Notes: generated from the letters alone by a model not told the origin. Shown: positions 51,473 through 61,463, counted from the first letter of the stretch. The stretch: 64,000 nt of DNA from Eubacteriales bacterium (GCA_045649105.1 JAZRPG010000022.1:12878-76877); one strand, 5' to 3'. Numbers and translations are program-made.

Positions 51473-52933
51473 TTATGCGTCGTTTTGTGTCACGGAGTAG
51501 AACATATCCGGTATTTTTTCACCTTTTTTGATTATTTCAAAGGCCTCCAGAAGCTCATTGACCTCATCGATACCGACGAAGAACTCAGGCTTGCGCCCGT
51601 CAATTATTGCGGCGAACTGACGCTCGTTCATCTTTGCAAGCTCAAGCGTTGATGTTCTGCCGTTCTTGAGTGTCGCCGTGATTTTAACGGCGCTTTCGCC
51701 GTATTTTGTGCCGTCCTGAAATTCACCTTGGAGGGTAAATCGAACAGTGCGCAGGTAGAGGTTCGTTGCATTGTCGGCTCCTAAATCCTTGCCGTCATAT
51801 GAGCCCTCGAGTGCGTCGGGAGTAAGCCTCAGTTTAAATGAATGCTTCTCGCCGCCCGGAAGCTCATAGTCGATGCGCGATATATCGGACGAGTTGTGGA
51901 ACCAGACAAGGCGCATGATTATATCGGAATGGCTTATCGACATAAAGCCGATGTCCGCTTCTGTTACAAGAACGCTCGGGATACCTTCGTTCATAACATA
52001 TCTGCCGCCGCTGCTTGCCCTGTCGCCGATAAGAATGGAAACCTCCATGCCGTCAGTCGTTGTAAAGCGGAGGCGGGACGGATTGTCAAGTCCGTATTTT
52101 TTTAGGTCTTTTGGGTGGTCCTCGACGATTGACTGCGCGCGTATTTCAATTATTCTGTCCAAGAAGGAAGAATACAGTGTATCGGTTGACGCATCTGATG
52201 TTACGGGAGAAGTTATAAGATAATCCGAGGTGATTTTTGCCGCGACATTTTCGTCGTTTGTACCCGCGTCCTTCTTGCGGGTAAGGGCAATCGTCTTTTT
52301 GCCGGGACGCTCAAGGGAAACTGTCTGAAGCATATCAGATGTTTCCGGCGGGGAAAACAGTATAAATGAGCGGTAATCGGAAAGCGTAGCCATGAGTACA
52401 TCTGCCGTAGTTCTGCCGACTGTGTAGACATTCTTTCTGTCACTGCGCTTTATATACACGCCTGAGCCGAGCGGGGTATCGTTTCCGATTATAAGCGTTA
52501 TCTTTTCGCCGTCGGTAAAGGTAACCTTTATTGTGCGGCGCGGCGCGTCAAAGCCAAAAAGTGAATCCTCTCCGCCCTCGGGGATTTCCTCGACGGGAAC
52601 GAGAAGTGAAACATAGCCGCTGAGAGTGAGAAGGTCAGCCATATTATAAGTAAGCTTCGGGTCACCGCCGCGGAGAGCTGCGGTCTGCATACCGTCGCTG
52701 CCCTTTGAGTAGTCAATTGCAAAATTCTCACCCTCGTCTGTGGATATCTCAACGCTCTTAACCTCCGAAGAGGAGCGGTCTACGATTTTTGAGAGGTTGG
52801 ATGTGGAATGTGAGGGAGAGCTGCTGCCGGGTTCGTCGCTTATTGCAGGGAAAAGCTTATAAAGGCCGAAAACTGCAACGGCGAGAACAACAAGGGCTAT
52901 TGCTGTGATTATAAGCGGTTTAAGCTGTTTCAT
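51473..52933 (-). CDS. DUF4340-type membrane-anchored extracellular protein
   Basis: N-terminal TM, repeated FGFDAP/YGLDNP...IG motifs; follows GldG-like gene. Confidence 0.75.
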   Translation of the reverse strand: MKQLKPLIITAIALVVLAVAVFGLYKLFPAISDEPGSSSPSHSTSNLSKIVDRSSSEVKSVEISTDEGENFAIDYSKGSDGMQTAALRGGDPKLTYNMADLLTLSGYVSLLVPVEEIPEGGEDSLFGFDAPRRTIKVTFTDGEKITLIIGNDTPLGSGVYIKRSDRKNVYTVGRTTADVLMATLSDYRSFILFSPPETSDMLQTVSLERPGKKTIALTRKKDAGTNDENVAAKITSDYLITSPVTSDASTDTLYSSFLDRIIEIRAQSIVEDHPKDLKKYGLDNPSRLRFTTTDGMEVSILIGDRASSGGRYVMNEGIPSVLVTEADIGFMSISHSDIIMRLVWFHNSSDISRIDYELPGGEKHSFKLRLTPDALEGSYDGKDLGADNATNLYLRTVRFTLQGEFQDGTKYGESAVKITATLKNGRTSTLELAKMNERQFAAIIDGRKPEFFVGIDEVNELLEAFEIIKKGEKIPDMFYSVTQNDA

Positions 52934-53071
52934 AACAAATTCTCCAAGGAGAAACGGGCAAATTCCGGGGTATCATTTACGGGGGATTGCCTTCGTTTCG
53001 TCAGTATACTCGGCAATACGCGCGATATTGCCTGTGGTTCTGCGTTATTGGGGGTGTCCGCAGAGCTTTGG

Positions 53072-54511
53072 CTACTTATTGCGCCGGCGCAGGAAAACAA
53101 ATATTCCGGCGGCTATTATAACAAGCGGTATTATGAATATAAGAACATTGCGGAGAAGTCTCGCTTGAGACTGAGAAATAAAGAGGTCGTAATTAGGCTC
53201 AACCTTCGGCATTATCTGCATGGTAAGCGTATTCGGGTTTGTATATTCAACAATTTCGGAGAGCAGACGGTTGTTAAACGCGCGTGAAATGCCGAGGACT
53301 TCCTCCGATGCAATTTCATCGGTGCCGAATGCGACAACGCGTGCAACGCCTGCGTCAATGTTTGCACCGAGCCTTCGCTGTGAAACCGTGCCGACGGTAA
53401 ACGGCCCCGACTCATCATTGCCCTGTCGGGTCAGGACGGAGATGGGATTGTCCGCGGAGATGAGCTTTGCATATGAGCCCTTGCCTGTCACCAGAAGCGG
53501 AGTGACCGAAGTGTAGTCTTTTTCCTGCCACAGAATATTTACGGGGCATGTGCGCGGCGCAACGATAAGAAGCTGACCCTGAGTCTCCTCATCTACAATG
53601 TCGGACGATGCAAGCTCGGGAACGACATAGACGGGGGACATAAGCGCGCTGTCCTCATCGCATACGACATACGGCGCGAAGGAGATTCCCCACTCTGAGA
53701 GATAGCGCTCAAGGACGGGTAGCTTCGGCGCTCTTATGCTCCAGAAGACATAGAGATTGTTCCCTGCAGTCTTCATATAAGCATCAAGAACGGCGATTTC
53801 CTCTGCGGAAAAGTCGGTCATGGGGGCTGAAATAACAAGGTTATTTACTCCCTCAGGGATACTTTTTGATAATAAGTCAATATCGACGGGGCCAAAATTA
53901 TTGCCTTTAAAAATATTGTTAAGTGCCGCGGGGCGTTCCTCACCGTGTCCCGTTACAAAGCCTGCGCCTGAAACCTCGGGAGAGGCAACATAGAGAATTG
54001 CCGAGGTGAGAAGCTCCTCGCCCTGGAAGTATATCTTGTTCGTGTTATTGTTCATTGTAAAGGCGAATTGGTCGCTTTCGATTACGGTATAACGCTTGGG
54101 GCTCTCTATAACGAGTGCACGCGCTTTTGCGCCACGCGCCTTTGTGTACTTTTCAAAAAAAGCCGGGTTTTTATTCGGGTCGATAAACTCGTGCTTGATT
54201 TTCCCGCCGGACTCTGTACTGTAGCGGGAGATAAGCTCGAGCGTACTGCTCATTGTGCTGTTTTTCTCCATGGAAGCACGCGTTGAGAGAATATATATTG
54301 TTATATCATCCTCAAGCGATGAGAGAACTTCCTTTGTATCTTCTGTAAGGGTGTATATGCCGGATTCGGTCATGTCAATCTTCAGTGAAAAACGGTCTGT
54401 AAGAAAACCTGCAAGTATGTTCACAAGCACGACAACTGCGACAAAGAGAGCGACAAACACGGTGGAAATCGATCCGTATTTGAATTTGCGCATATTAAAT
54501 GAAAATTTCAT
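53072..54511 (-). CDS. GldG-like ABC transporter auxiliary component
   Basis: KIDMT..YTL, GHGE, P.TDFSAEE, C-terminal TM + RRR. Confidence 0.82.
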   Translation of the reverse strand: MKFSFNMRKFKYGSISTVFVALFVAVVVLVNILAGFLTDRFSLKIDMTESGIYTLTEDTKEVLSSLEDDITIYILSTRASMEKNSTMSSTLELISRYSTESGGKIKHEFIDPNKNPAFFEKYTKARGAKARALVIESPKRYTVIESDQFAFTMNNNTNKIYFQGEELLTSAILYVASPEVSGAGFVTGHGEERPAALNNIFKGNNFGPVDIDLLSKSIPEGVNNLVISAPMTDFSAEEIAVLDAYMKTAGNNLYVFWSIRAPKLPVLERYLSEWGISFAPYVVCDEDSALMSPVYVVPELASSDIVDEETQGQLLIVAPRTCPVNILWQEKDYTSVTPLLVTGKGSYAKLISADNPISVLTRQGNDESGPFTVGTVSQRRLGANIDAGVARVVAFGTDEIASEEVLGISRAFNNRLLSEIVEYTNPNTLTMQIMPKVEPNYDLFISQSQARLLRNVLIFIIPLVIIAAGIFVFLRRRNK

Positions 54512-54611
54512 ATTCCTTATCCTCCATAGGTAAAAAGGGTAAATCCGAACCTTGTTTCCTGCGCGAATTTTTGCCCGGGTTTGTAAAAATGCTCAAAAAA
54601 CTCCCCTGAAA

Positions 54612-55316
54612 TCAGCTCCAGCGGCGCTTGTCTATCACGCGCGATGTAAAGAAGAGGAACAGCACCGAGAGGCTTATAAAGTACACAATGTCTGCAAGGG
54701 AGAATCTTCCGGAAAAGAAGCTGGAAAAGCGTGTGATTATTGAAAGGAAAGATGTAACACGCGAAATGATTTCTATATCGGTGTTCTGGAAAGCGAGGTT
54801 AAGGAAGAAGAACAGCGACAGCGTGGCCATTGAGGCAAGCGCTGAGATTATCTGGCTTTCCGTGAGCGAGGACATAAACTGCGATATTGCGATATACGCA
54901 CCTGCTGCGAAGATAATTGCGATGTAATTTCCGATGCTTACTCCGACTTGCAGAGTGCCGAATATGAGAGACAGAATCGGGTATATAAGCGTCAGCGAAA
55001 GTGAGCATAAGAAAAGCGCAAGAGCCGCGAAATATTTTCCGAGAACAATGTCGGATATAGAGACGGGGGCTGTAAGAAGAAGCTGGTCCGTCTTCTGTTT
55101 GCGCTCCTCACTCCAGATGCGCATTGTCATAAGCGGAATAAGGAAAATCATCGCTATAAGCATATAGGAAAACATATAGATAAAGGAGCTCTGATAAAAG
55201 ACAATGTTGTTAAAATAATAAATGATGTTCATAATGAGCGCAAAGGCTGCGCAGTATACAAAGCCTATACCGCCTGTGAAATATGAGCGGAACTCGCGCT
55301 TGAATATTGCTTTCAT
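54612..55316 (-). CDS. ABC-2 type permease (GldF-like)
   Basis: AIFKREFRSYF, TMRIWSEERKQKTDQLLLTAP, LGKY, SSLTESQII. Confidence 0.88.
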   Translation of the reverse strand: MKAIFKREFRSYFTGGIGFVYCAAFALIMNIIYYFNNIVFYQSSFIYMFSYMLIAMIFLIPLMTMRIWSEERKQKTDQLLLTAPVSISDIVLGKYFAALALFLCSLSLTLIYPILSLIFGTLQVGVSIGNYIAIIFAAGAYIAISQFMSSLTESQIISALASMATLSLFFFLNLAFQNTDIEIISRVTSFLSIITRFSSFFSGRFSLADIVYFISLSVLFLFFTSRVIDKRRWS

Positions 55317-56263
55317 TGTGCGTCCTCCTTATCCTTCTGAGTGAGTCTTGCAAAGACTGATTCGAGAGAGACATCAACCGATGCAAAGGAGAGAAGCGGA
55401 CAGTCTGCCTCGGCAAGCGCGTAAAAAAGCGGCTTGCGGATATCGGCGCTGTCTTTTGCGGTTATGATATACTCACGCGCGCCGCCTTCTTCCTGTGCGT
55501 CGCCCGGAGTAACATCGTCTACACCCTCAACGCCTTTTACGGCAGGGATGATTTTTTCGGAATCGCCCTCGATTTTTGCCGAGAAGCGCATCTCACCGCC
55601 TATATTGTGCAGGAGGTTACGGACCGTGTCATCAGCGACGATTTCGCCCTCGTTTATAACGACGACGCGCTCGCAAACAGCACTGACCTCAGGAATGATA
55701 TGCGTGGAGAGTATGACTGTTTTGTCACGACCGAGGTTTTTAATAAGATTTCTTATTTCCACTATCTGGTTAGGGTCAAGGCCGACCGTCGGCTCATCGA
55801 GAATAAGAACATCCGGGTCGCCGATTAGAGCCTGTGCAAGGCCGACGCGCTGGCGGTAGCCTTTTGACAGATTGCGGATAACACGCGCCCTCACATGCCC
55901 GATGCCGACAAGCTCGCAGATGCGGGCAATATGAGCCTCGCGCTCGGAGGATACTTTCTTGAGCTCAAATACAAATTTCAGATATTCGTCCACTGTCATA
56001 TCAAAGTATAGCGGCGGCTGCTCGGGAAGATATCCTATATGGCGGCGGGCTTCAAGAGCGTCGTCGAGAACATCGTACCCTGCAATGGAGACGCTTCCGC
56101 CCGTTGCGGAAAGGTATCCTGTGACGATGTTCATGGTAGTGCTTTTTCCGGCGCCGTTGGGGCCGAGAAAGCCGACTATTTCGCCTTTTTTCACTCCGAA
56201 TGAGATGCCTTTTACAGCTTCTTTCGGGCCATATCGCTTTGTGAGATTTTTAATTTGTATCAT
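55313..56263 (-). CDS. ABC transporter ATP-binding protein (GldA-like)
   Basis: GPNGAGKST, LSKGYRQRVG, LDEPTVGLDP. Confidence 0.92.
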   Translation of the reverse strand: MIQIKNLTKRYGPKEAVKGISFGVKKGEIVGFLGPNGAGKSTTMNIVTGYLSATGGSVSIAGYDVLDDALEARRHIGYLPEQPPLYFDMTVDEYLKFVFELKKVSSEREAHIARICELVGIGHVRARVIRNLSKGYRQRVGLAQALIGDPDVLILDEPTVGLDPNQIVEIRNLIKNLGRDKTVILSTHIIPEVSAVCERVVVINEGEIVADDTVRNLLHNIGGEMRFSAKIEGDSEKIIPAVKGVEGVDDVTPGDAQEEGGAREYIITAKDSADIRKPLFYALAEADCPLLSFASVDVSLESVFARLTQKDKEDAQ

Positions 56264-56323
56264 AAGCTTAACCTCTTCTGCGTTTTATACCGTATACAAT
56301 AACACATTTAAAGATATGTTTTG

Positions 56324-58123
56324 TTAATTTTCTGTGAAATTGATATCTTTTGAAATTTCAATATGCAAATCAGAAAGCTGAACATCCTCGACAAAGTCAG
56401 GAGATGCCATCATAATCTCGGATGCATTCTGAACCTTCGGGAAGGCAATAACATCGCGGATAGAGTCGCAGCCTGCCAGAAGCATAACAAGCCTGTCGAG
56501 GCCGAATGCCATGCCGCCGTGCGGCGGTGCGCCGTAGGAAAATGCCTCTATCATATGCCCGAAACGGCTCTGAGCCTCCTCTTTTGTAAAGCCGAGCGCG
56601 CGGAACATGCGCTCCTGAAGCTCGGACGAGTGGATGCGTATTGAACCGCCGCCGACCTCGCTTCCGTTGATGACAAGGTCATATGCCTTTGCGCGGGCCG
56701 ATGCGGGGTCACTTGTGACAAGCTCTATATCCTCGTCACGCGGCGAGGTGAACGGGTGATGCTTTGCAACAAAGCGGTCTTCCTCCTCGGAGTACTCAAA
56801 GAGCGGGAAGTCGACGACCCACAGAAGGTCAAAGCGGTTTTCGTCTATTGCGCCGAGACGCTTTGCGCACTCAAGGCGCAACGCGCCGAGAGAGGTCATG
56901 ACCGTCTCGTCGTTTGTGTCTGCAACGACAAATATAACATCCCCGTCTGCGAGCTCTGCGCGCTCACAGATTGCCTTTACCTCGTCCTCTGTGAGGAATT
57001 TTGCAAAGCTTGAGGTCATTGCTCCGTCGGAGAGCTTGAGCCATGCAAGACCCTTTGCGCGATATGTCTTTATCCATTCGGCAAGCGCGTCAATTTCCTT
57101 GCGTGCAAATTTTGCGCCGCCGTCGACCTTTATCATGCGTACACTGCCGCCGCCCTCAACTGCAGAGGAGAATACCTTAAATCCACATGTCTTTGCTATG
57201 TCCGAGATATCGCGAAGCTCAAACCCGAAGCGTGTGTCAGGCTTGTCCGAGCCGAAGCGCGACATTGCCTCGGAATATGGCATGCGGCGGAGCGGAAGTT
57301 CAACCTTAATTCCGAGTATCTCCTCAAAAAGGCGGGCGGCAAAGCCCTCGTTTATGCCCATGACATCATCCATGTCGGCAAATGACATCTCAAGGTCAAT
57401 CTGTGTAAATTCCGGCTGGCGGTCTGCGCGAAGGTCCTCATCGCGGAAGCAACGCGCAATCTGCATGTATCTGTCAAAGCCTGCAAGCATAAGAAGCTGT
57501 TTATACTGCTGGGGTGACTGCGGAAGCGCATAGAATTTTCCGGGGTGAACGCGGGACGGAACAAGATAGTCGCGCGCGCCCTCGGGTGTGGATTTTGTAA
57601 GCATGGGTGTCTCTATTTCATAAAAGCCGCACTCGTCATAGTAGTCGCGCGCAAGCTTTGTTATGCGATGACGAAGCGCAATTGTGCGCTGCATGTCAGG
57701 GCGGCGCAGGTCAAGATATCTGTACTTAAGGCGAAGAACATCGTTTACATCACTGTTCTCGACTATTTCAAACGGAGGCGTATTAGCCTTTGAAAGAATG
57801 CGCATTTCGCTTGCGAGGATTTCGACAGCGCCTGTCGGTATTCTGTCGGTGATTGCGCCCTCGCCACGGCTCCTTACCGTACCGCGCACGGCGAGAACAT
57901 ACTCGCTTCTGACGGTGAATGCCTTTGCAAACAAATCGCCTGCAACAGCTTCGTCAAATGTGCACTGCACGATGCCGGAGCGGTCGCGCAGGTCGATAAA
58001 TATAAGTCCGCCGAGGTTTCGCATGCGCTGAACCCAGCCGCATACGACGACCTCTTTGCCTATATGCTCACTGCGGAAGGTTCCGCAGTAGTCGGTTCTT
58101 TTCATTCCTGTAATGTTTTCCAT
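56324..58123 (-). CDS. aspS: aspartate--tRNA ligase
   Basis: FIDLRD, TPEGARDY, LPQSPQ, FRDEDLRADRQPEFTQ, PPHGG, GLDR. Confidence 0.97.
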   Translation of the reverse strand: MENITGMKRTDYCGTFRSEHIGKEVVVCGWVQRMRNLGGLIFIDLRDRSGIVQCTFDEAVAGDLFAKAFTVRSEYVLAVRGTVRSRGEGAITDRIPTGAVEILASEMRILSKANTPPFEIVENSDVNDVLRLKYRYLDLRRPDMQRTIALRHRITKLARDYYDECGFYEIETPMLTKSTPEGARDYLVPSRVHPGKFYALPQSPQQYKQLLMLAGFDRYMQIARCFRDEDLRADRQPEFTQIDLEMSFADMDDVMGINEGFAARLFEEILGIKVELPLRRMPYSEAMSRFGSDKPDTRFGFELRDISDIAKTCGFKVFSSAVEGGGSVRMIKVDGGAKFARKEIDALAEWIKTYRAKGLAWLKLSDGAMTSSFAKFLTEDEVKAICERAELADGDVIFVVADTNDETVMTSLGALRLECAKRLGAIDENRFDLLWVVDFPLFEYSEEEDRFVAKHHPFTSPRDEDIELVTSDPASARAKAYDLVINGSEVGGGSIRIHSSELQERMFRALGFTKEEAQSRFGHMIEAFSYGAPPHGGMAFGLDRLVMLLAGCDSIRDVIAFPKVQNASEIMMASPDFVEDVQLSDLHIEISKDINFTEN

Positions 58124-58155
58124 GTCAAAAGCTCCTATTCTGCCGCAGAACCGGC

Positions 58156-59415
58156 TTAAAATTCAATATCAGCTATCGCGCGTGCAGAAAGCTCGCACTC
58201 CTTGCGGCTTCCGTCTGCCATGTTCTTAACCGTCACGCGCCCTGAGGCAAGCTCATCATCACCGATTACGAGCGATTTCTTTGCGCCGGTCTTGTCTGCG
58301 TATTTCATCTGTGCTTTAAGTGAGCGGCCCGTGGTGTCGCGCTCTGCAGAAATGCCGAGCGTTCGAAGCTCGTATACGAGCTTGTGTGCCGCGGCTTCTG
58401 CCGCATCGCCCATATGTGCGATGAAAATATCCGGCACGACGTCATTTTTCGGAACGTTCCCTACGGCTTCAAGAGTGAGCATGAGCCGCTCGATTCCGCA
58501 ACCGAAGCCGAGACCGGGCATGTCGGGCCCGCCGAGGCTTCCGACAAGGCCGTTGTATCTGCCGCCGCCGCAGACGGTAGCCTGCGCGCCGAGGTGGCTT
58601 GACACAAATTCAAATACGGTGTTTGTGTAATAATCAAGTCCGCGGACAAGCATCGGGTCGACTACATATGCGATTCCCGTATCATCGAGAAGACGGCGAA
58701 GCTTTTCAAAGTGTGCACGGCATGAATCGCAAAGAAAATCAGAGATTTTCGGGGCGTCAAGCGCAATGTTTTTGCATATGCTGCTTTTACAGTCGAGGAT
58801 ACGCATGGGGTTGCGCTCAAGGCGGTCATTGCATGTGTCGCAGAGCTCTCCGCGGCGGCTCTCAAAATATTCACGCAGAGCAGCGTGGTAGCCGCGGCGG
58901 CATTCGCCGCAGCCGCAGGAGTTTATATGAAGCTCTGTGCCCGTGATGCCAAGCTCGGAAAGCATTGTCGCGACGAGGGAGATAACCTCGGCATCGGCAG
59001 ATGCGTCAGAGCTTCCGAAATATTCAACGCCGAACTGATGGTGCTCGCGCAGGCGGCCTGCCTGCGGCTTTTCATAGCGGAAATTCGGCGCGATATAGAA
59101 GACCTTAAGCGGGAGCCCCTTTGTATGCAGCGAGTTTTCAATAAAACTGCGCACAACAGAGGCAGTGCCCTCAGGACGGAGTGCGATGTGTCTGCCGCCC
59201 TTGTCGAGAAAGTCATACATTTCTTTCTGAACGACATCGGTAGTATCGCCGACACCGCGGTTAAAGAGCGCAATATCTTCAAATGTGGGGAAGCGTATTT
59301 CCCTGAAGCCGAAACGGTGCGCAAGACGGCGCAATTTATCTTCAAGAGCTTGCCATTTTTCAGACTCGCCGGGGAGAATATCACGCGTGCCGCGCGGTGC
59401 AGTTATCTTTTCCAT
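58156..59415 (-). CDS. hisS: histidine--tRNA ligase
   Basis: PRGTRD, LRPEGTA, FRYEKPQAGR, LVRGLDYY, GGGRY, GIER. Confidence 0.97.
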   Translation of the reverse strand: MEKITAPRGTRDILPGESEKWQALEDKLRRLAHRFGFREIRFPTFEDIALFNRGVGDTTDVVQKEMYDFLDKGGRHIALRPEGTASVVRSFIENSLHTKGLPLKVFYIAPNFRYEKPQAGRLREHHQFGVEYFGSSDASADAEVISLVATMLSELGITGTELHINSCGCGECRRGYHAALREYFESRRGELCDTCNDRLERNPMRILDCKSSICKNIALDAPKISDFLCDSCRAHFEKLRRLLDDTGIAYVVDPMLVRGLDYYTNTVFEFVSSHLGAQATVCGGGRYNGLVGSLGGPDMPGLGFGCGIERLMLTLEAVGNVPKNDVVPDIFIAHMGDAAEAAAHKLVYELRTLGISAERDTTGRSLKAQMKYADKTGAKKSLVIGDDELASGRVTVKNMADGSRKECELSARAIADIEF

Positions 59416-59459
59416 GCAATCACTCTGCCTTTATATATAAATATGTATTGTATCAGAAA

Positions 59460-59488
59460 ATTTTATCCTATTTCAGGCAAAATGTCAA
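59460..59488 (-). promoter_or_regulatory. sigma-A promoter of hisS-aspS
   Basis: Minus strand TTGACA-17nt-TAAAAT. Confidence 0.55.
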
Positions 59489-59601
59489 GTTGTGCGTGTT
59501 GGCAATAATGCGCAGATAAGGCAAATATTTTGCATTTTCTTATTCATTTTTTTGTAATATAATGATTGAAAAGAAAATATTTTGACAAAGAGGGCAAGTG
59601 T

Positions 59602-60066
59602 ATGGAAATACAGATGATAAAAGACGGTGTTTTAGCGGCGTTTGTCAGTCATGATGAGCTTACGGAGAGAGGTCTTTCCGACGGGAGATTCAATTCCGAG
59701 AGTGCACACGATATAGCCCGCGAGGCGCTTTTTGAGTCGGGCGAGAGAAATATCGGCGAAATTGAGGTTGATGCGTACATAAACGGCTGCGGGCTTATGC
59801 TGTTTGCTGCAGTGCGGAAAGAGGGCAAAAGCGCCGTAAAATTCAGCTCACTTGAAGCTTTGCTTTCATATGTTGCATGCCTTCCGCGGGATACGGAATC
59901 GCGCCTTGTCCTCTTGGACGGAGAGTATTGCCTGATTTCCCCCTGCTTATCTCAGAAGGCTCGGGAGTATGGCGAGGTGTGCAGATGTACGGAGGATATC
60001 ATGTGCGCGGCGCCGCTTATAAAAAAGCAAGCCGTTGCGCAGTTATATAACTATTTTCATTTGTAG
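59602..60066 (+). CDS. MecA-like adaptor protein (short, divergent)
   Basis: N-terminal DELTERGL, then FSSLEAL, EYG and C-terminal LIKKQAVAQLYNYF echo MecA; recognised by eye only. Confidence 0.5.
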   Translation: MEIQMIKDGVLAAFVSHDELTERGLSDGRFNSESAHDIAREALFESGERNIGEIEVDAYINGCGLMLFAAVRKEGKSAVKFSSLEALLSYVACLPRDTESRLVLLDGEYCLISPCLSQKAREYGEVCRCTEDIMCAAPLIKKQAVAQLYNYFHL

Positions 60067-60107
60067 AAAAACATCCCTGCCCTTTATGCCGAGTGTTCTA
60101 AAGGACA
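60067..60107 (+). repeat. left ~40-bp inverted repeat of islet
   Basis: AAAAACATCCC..ATGCCGAGTGTTCTAAAGGACA is a near reverse complement of 61643-61682. Confidence 0.8.
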
Positions 60108-60109
60108 GT

Positions 60110-60142
60110 AAAAGCCTTGAACTCGTTGAGTTCAAGGCTTTT
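60110..60142. terminator. bidirectional terminator
   Basis: AAAAGCCTTGAACTC-GTT-GAGTTCAAGGCTTTT perfect 15-bp stem. Confidence 0.8.
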
Positions 60143-60181
60143 CTATTATCCCTTTGCACAAGAGAACCTAGAAACGATTTT

Positions 60182-60610
60182 TTATATTCTATCGTTTATG
60201 TACTTTGCAATTCTGCTTGCATCAGACGATGATACACCTATTTTGTATATCACTCCGTTGCTGTTTATTAAAAGCTTATCTTTATTTACAGACACACTTG
60301 ATATTTTGTCATAGCTTAAAGAAAAAGAAGCACGAGTGAAATTAATAAGTCCTTCTCCTTGAATATAATTTTCGAAAACAGAGATGCAGGTTTTTGAAAA
60401 TTTGGCTCCGATCACGATTATAAAAATTCCTACACATTTTATTAAGAGATCAATTATGGTAGTTGTCATCGCAAGCTCATCTTCATTTCTGCTCCCTTCA
60501 ATTCCAAAAGAGAAAACAGTGGTAATTATAACTGTAAAAATTATTATAGCAATTCCAATCATAATCAGTTTTTTGCCGCTTCCTTGCACACTTATAACAG
60601 GGTTGTTCAT
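60182..60610 (-). CDS. small two-TM membrane protein, unknown function (alternative start 60661)
   Basis: GGAGGT RBS before ATG 60610; two hydrophobic helices and a short soluble C-terminus; AT-rich. Confidence 0.72.
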   Translation of the reverse strand: MNNPVISVQGSGKKLIMIGIAIIIFTVIITTVFSFGIEGSRNEDELAMTTTIIDLLIKCVGIFIIVIGAKFSKTCISVFENYIQGEGLINFTRASFSLSYDKISSVSVNKDKLLINSNGVIYKIGVSSSDASRIAKYINDRI

Positions 60611-60695
60611 AATTTTACCTCCAAGTTTTATTTTTGCGCATATTATCTGTTGGAGCTTCATCTTTTCACCACCTATCAGCTATAGACTTACAAAT

Positions 60696-60900
60696 AAAAA
60701 ATGCGCCTACCGAAGCAGACGCACAAAAACGCAAACTCCGATAGTCGCCAAACTAACTTAAATAAAGATAGGAGCATTCCACAACAATATTTAATGGAGT
60801 TCGCATTTTTAACTAATCCAAAATATTGTTGCAGAAAAAGAGTATAAATATCCCTAAAAACAAAAATACTCCTAAACATATTTTATTAAGTTAGTTTGGC
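60696..60900 (-). ncRNA. putative structured leader / small RNA (~205 nt) ending in an intrinsic terminator
   Basis: Promoter TTGATA-17-TATAAT (60907-60935) puts +1 near 60900; long terminal stem GCCAAACTAACTTAA/TTAAGTTAGTTTGGC, inner stem, terminator TGCGTCTGC-TTCG-GTAGGCGCA-T6. Confidence 0.65.
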
Positions 60901-61028
60901 ATACTTATTATATATCAAGTTTTCATAATTATCAATATATTTCTGCAAAATTGTCCGATACTGTAACAAGCAGGGAAGAAGTGTACCATATTCCAAACAT
61001 TTAGGATAATCCTAAGACCTTATCAAAA

Positions 61029-61060
61029 AAGCCTTAAACGATAATTCTCGTTTAAGGCTT
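61029..61060 (-). terminator. terminator of four-helix-bundle gene
   Basis: AAGCCTTAAACGA...TCGTTTAAGGCTT with T-run on minus strand. Confidence 0.75.
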
Positions 61061-61064
61061 AATA

Positions 61065-61415
61065 TTATTTGGATTTGATTGTTTTTAGTGACGAAATGAG
61101 CATTCTACGAATAGCGCCACATTCATTTTGCATCTTCTTATATTTTTCTTCTTCGATACAATCTGTTTCAAAAAGCAATTCTAACCAATATTCTGTTTCG
61201 TAACACTCTTTTTGAGCAATTTCTAGTTTTGATATAAAATCATTTTTGCTTTGTGCGTATTGTGCTTCATGAAGGTTTGCTCCTATTGAAGTCGCCGAAC
61301 GCAATAATTGATTGACCAATACAGCTTCTTTGTGACTTGATTTAATTTCTCTGCAAAGAAAAACTATATTTTTAGCAAATTCTTTTGCTTTATCTCTTAA
61401 AACGCTATCCGCCAT
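61065..61415 (-). CDS. four helix bundle protein (23S rRNA IVP / TIGR02436-type)
   Basis: NQLLRSATSIGANLHEA, DFISKLEIAQKECYETEYWLELL; GAGGTG RBS. Confidence 0.92.
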   Translation of the reverse strand: MADSVLRDKAKEFAKNIVFLCREIKSSHKEAVLVNQLLRSATSIGANLHEAQYAQSKNDFISKLEIAQKECYETEYWLELLFETDCIEEEKYKKMQNECGAIRRMLISSLKTIKSK

Positions 61416-61463
61416 TTCTATCACCTCTTAAATTTATTGTACTGCTATATTATTCCTTTTTCA

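Noticed and set aside
59416-59560. T-box leader for hisS-aspS
   Set aside because: Predicted leader is only ~40 nt and has no T-box (AGGGTGGNACCGCG-like) sequence or terminator
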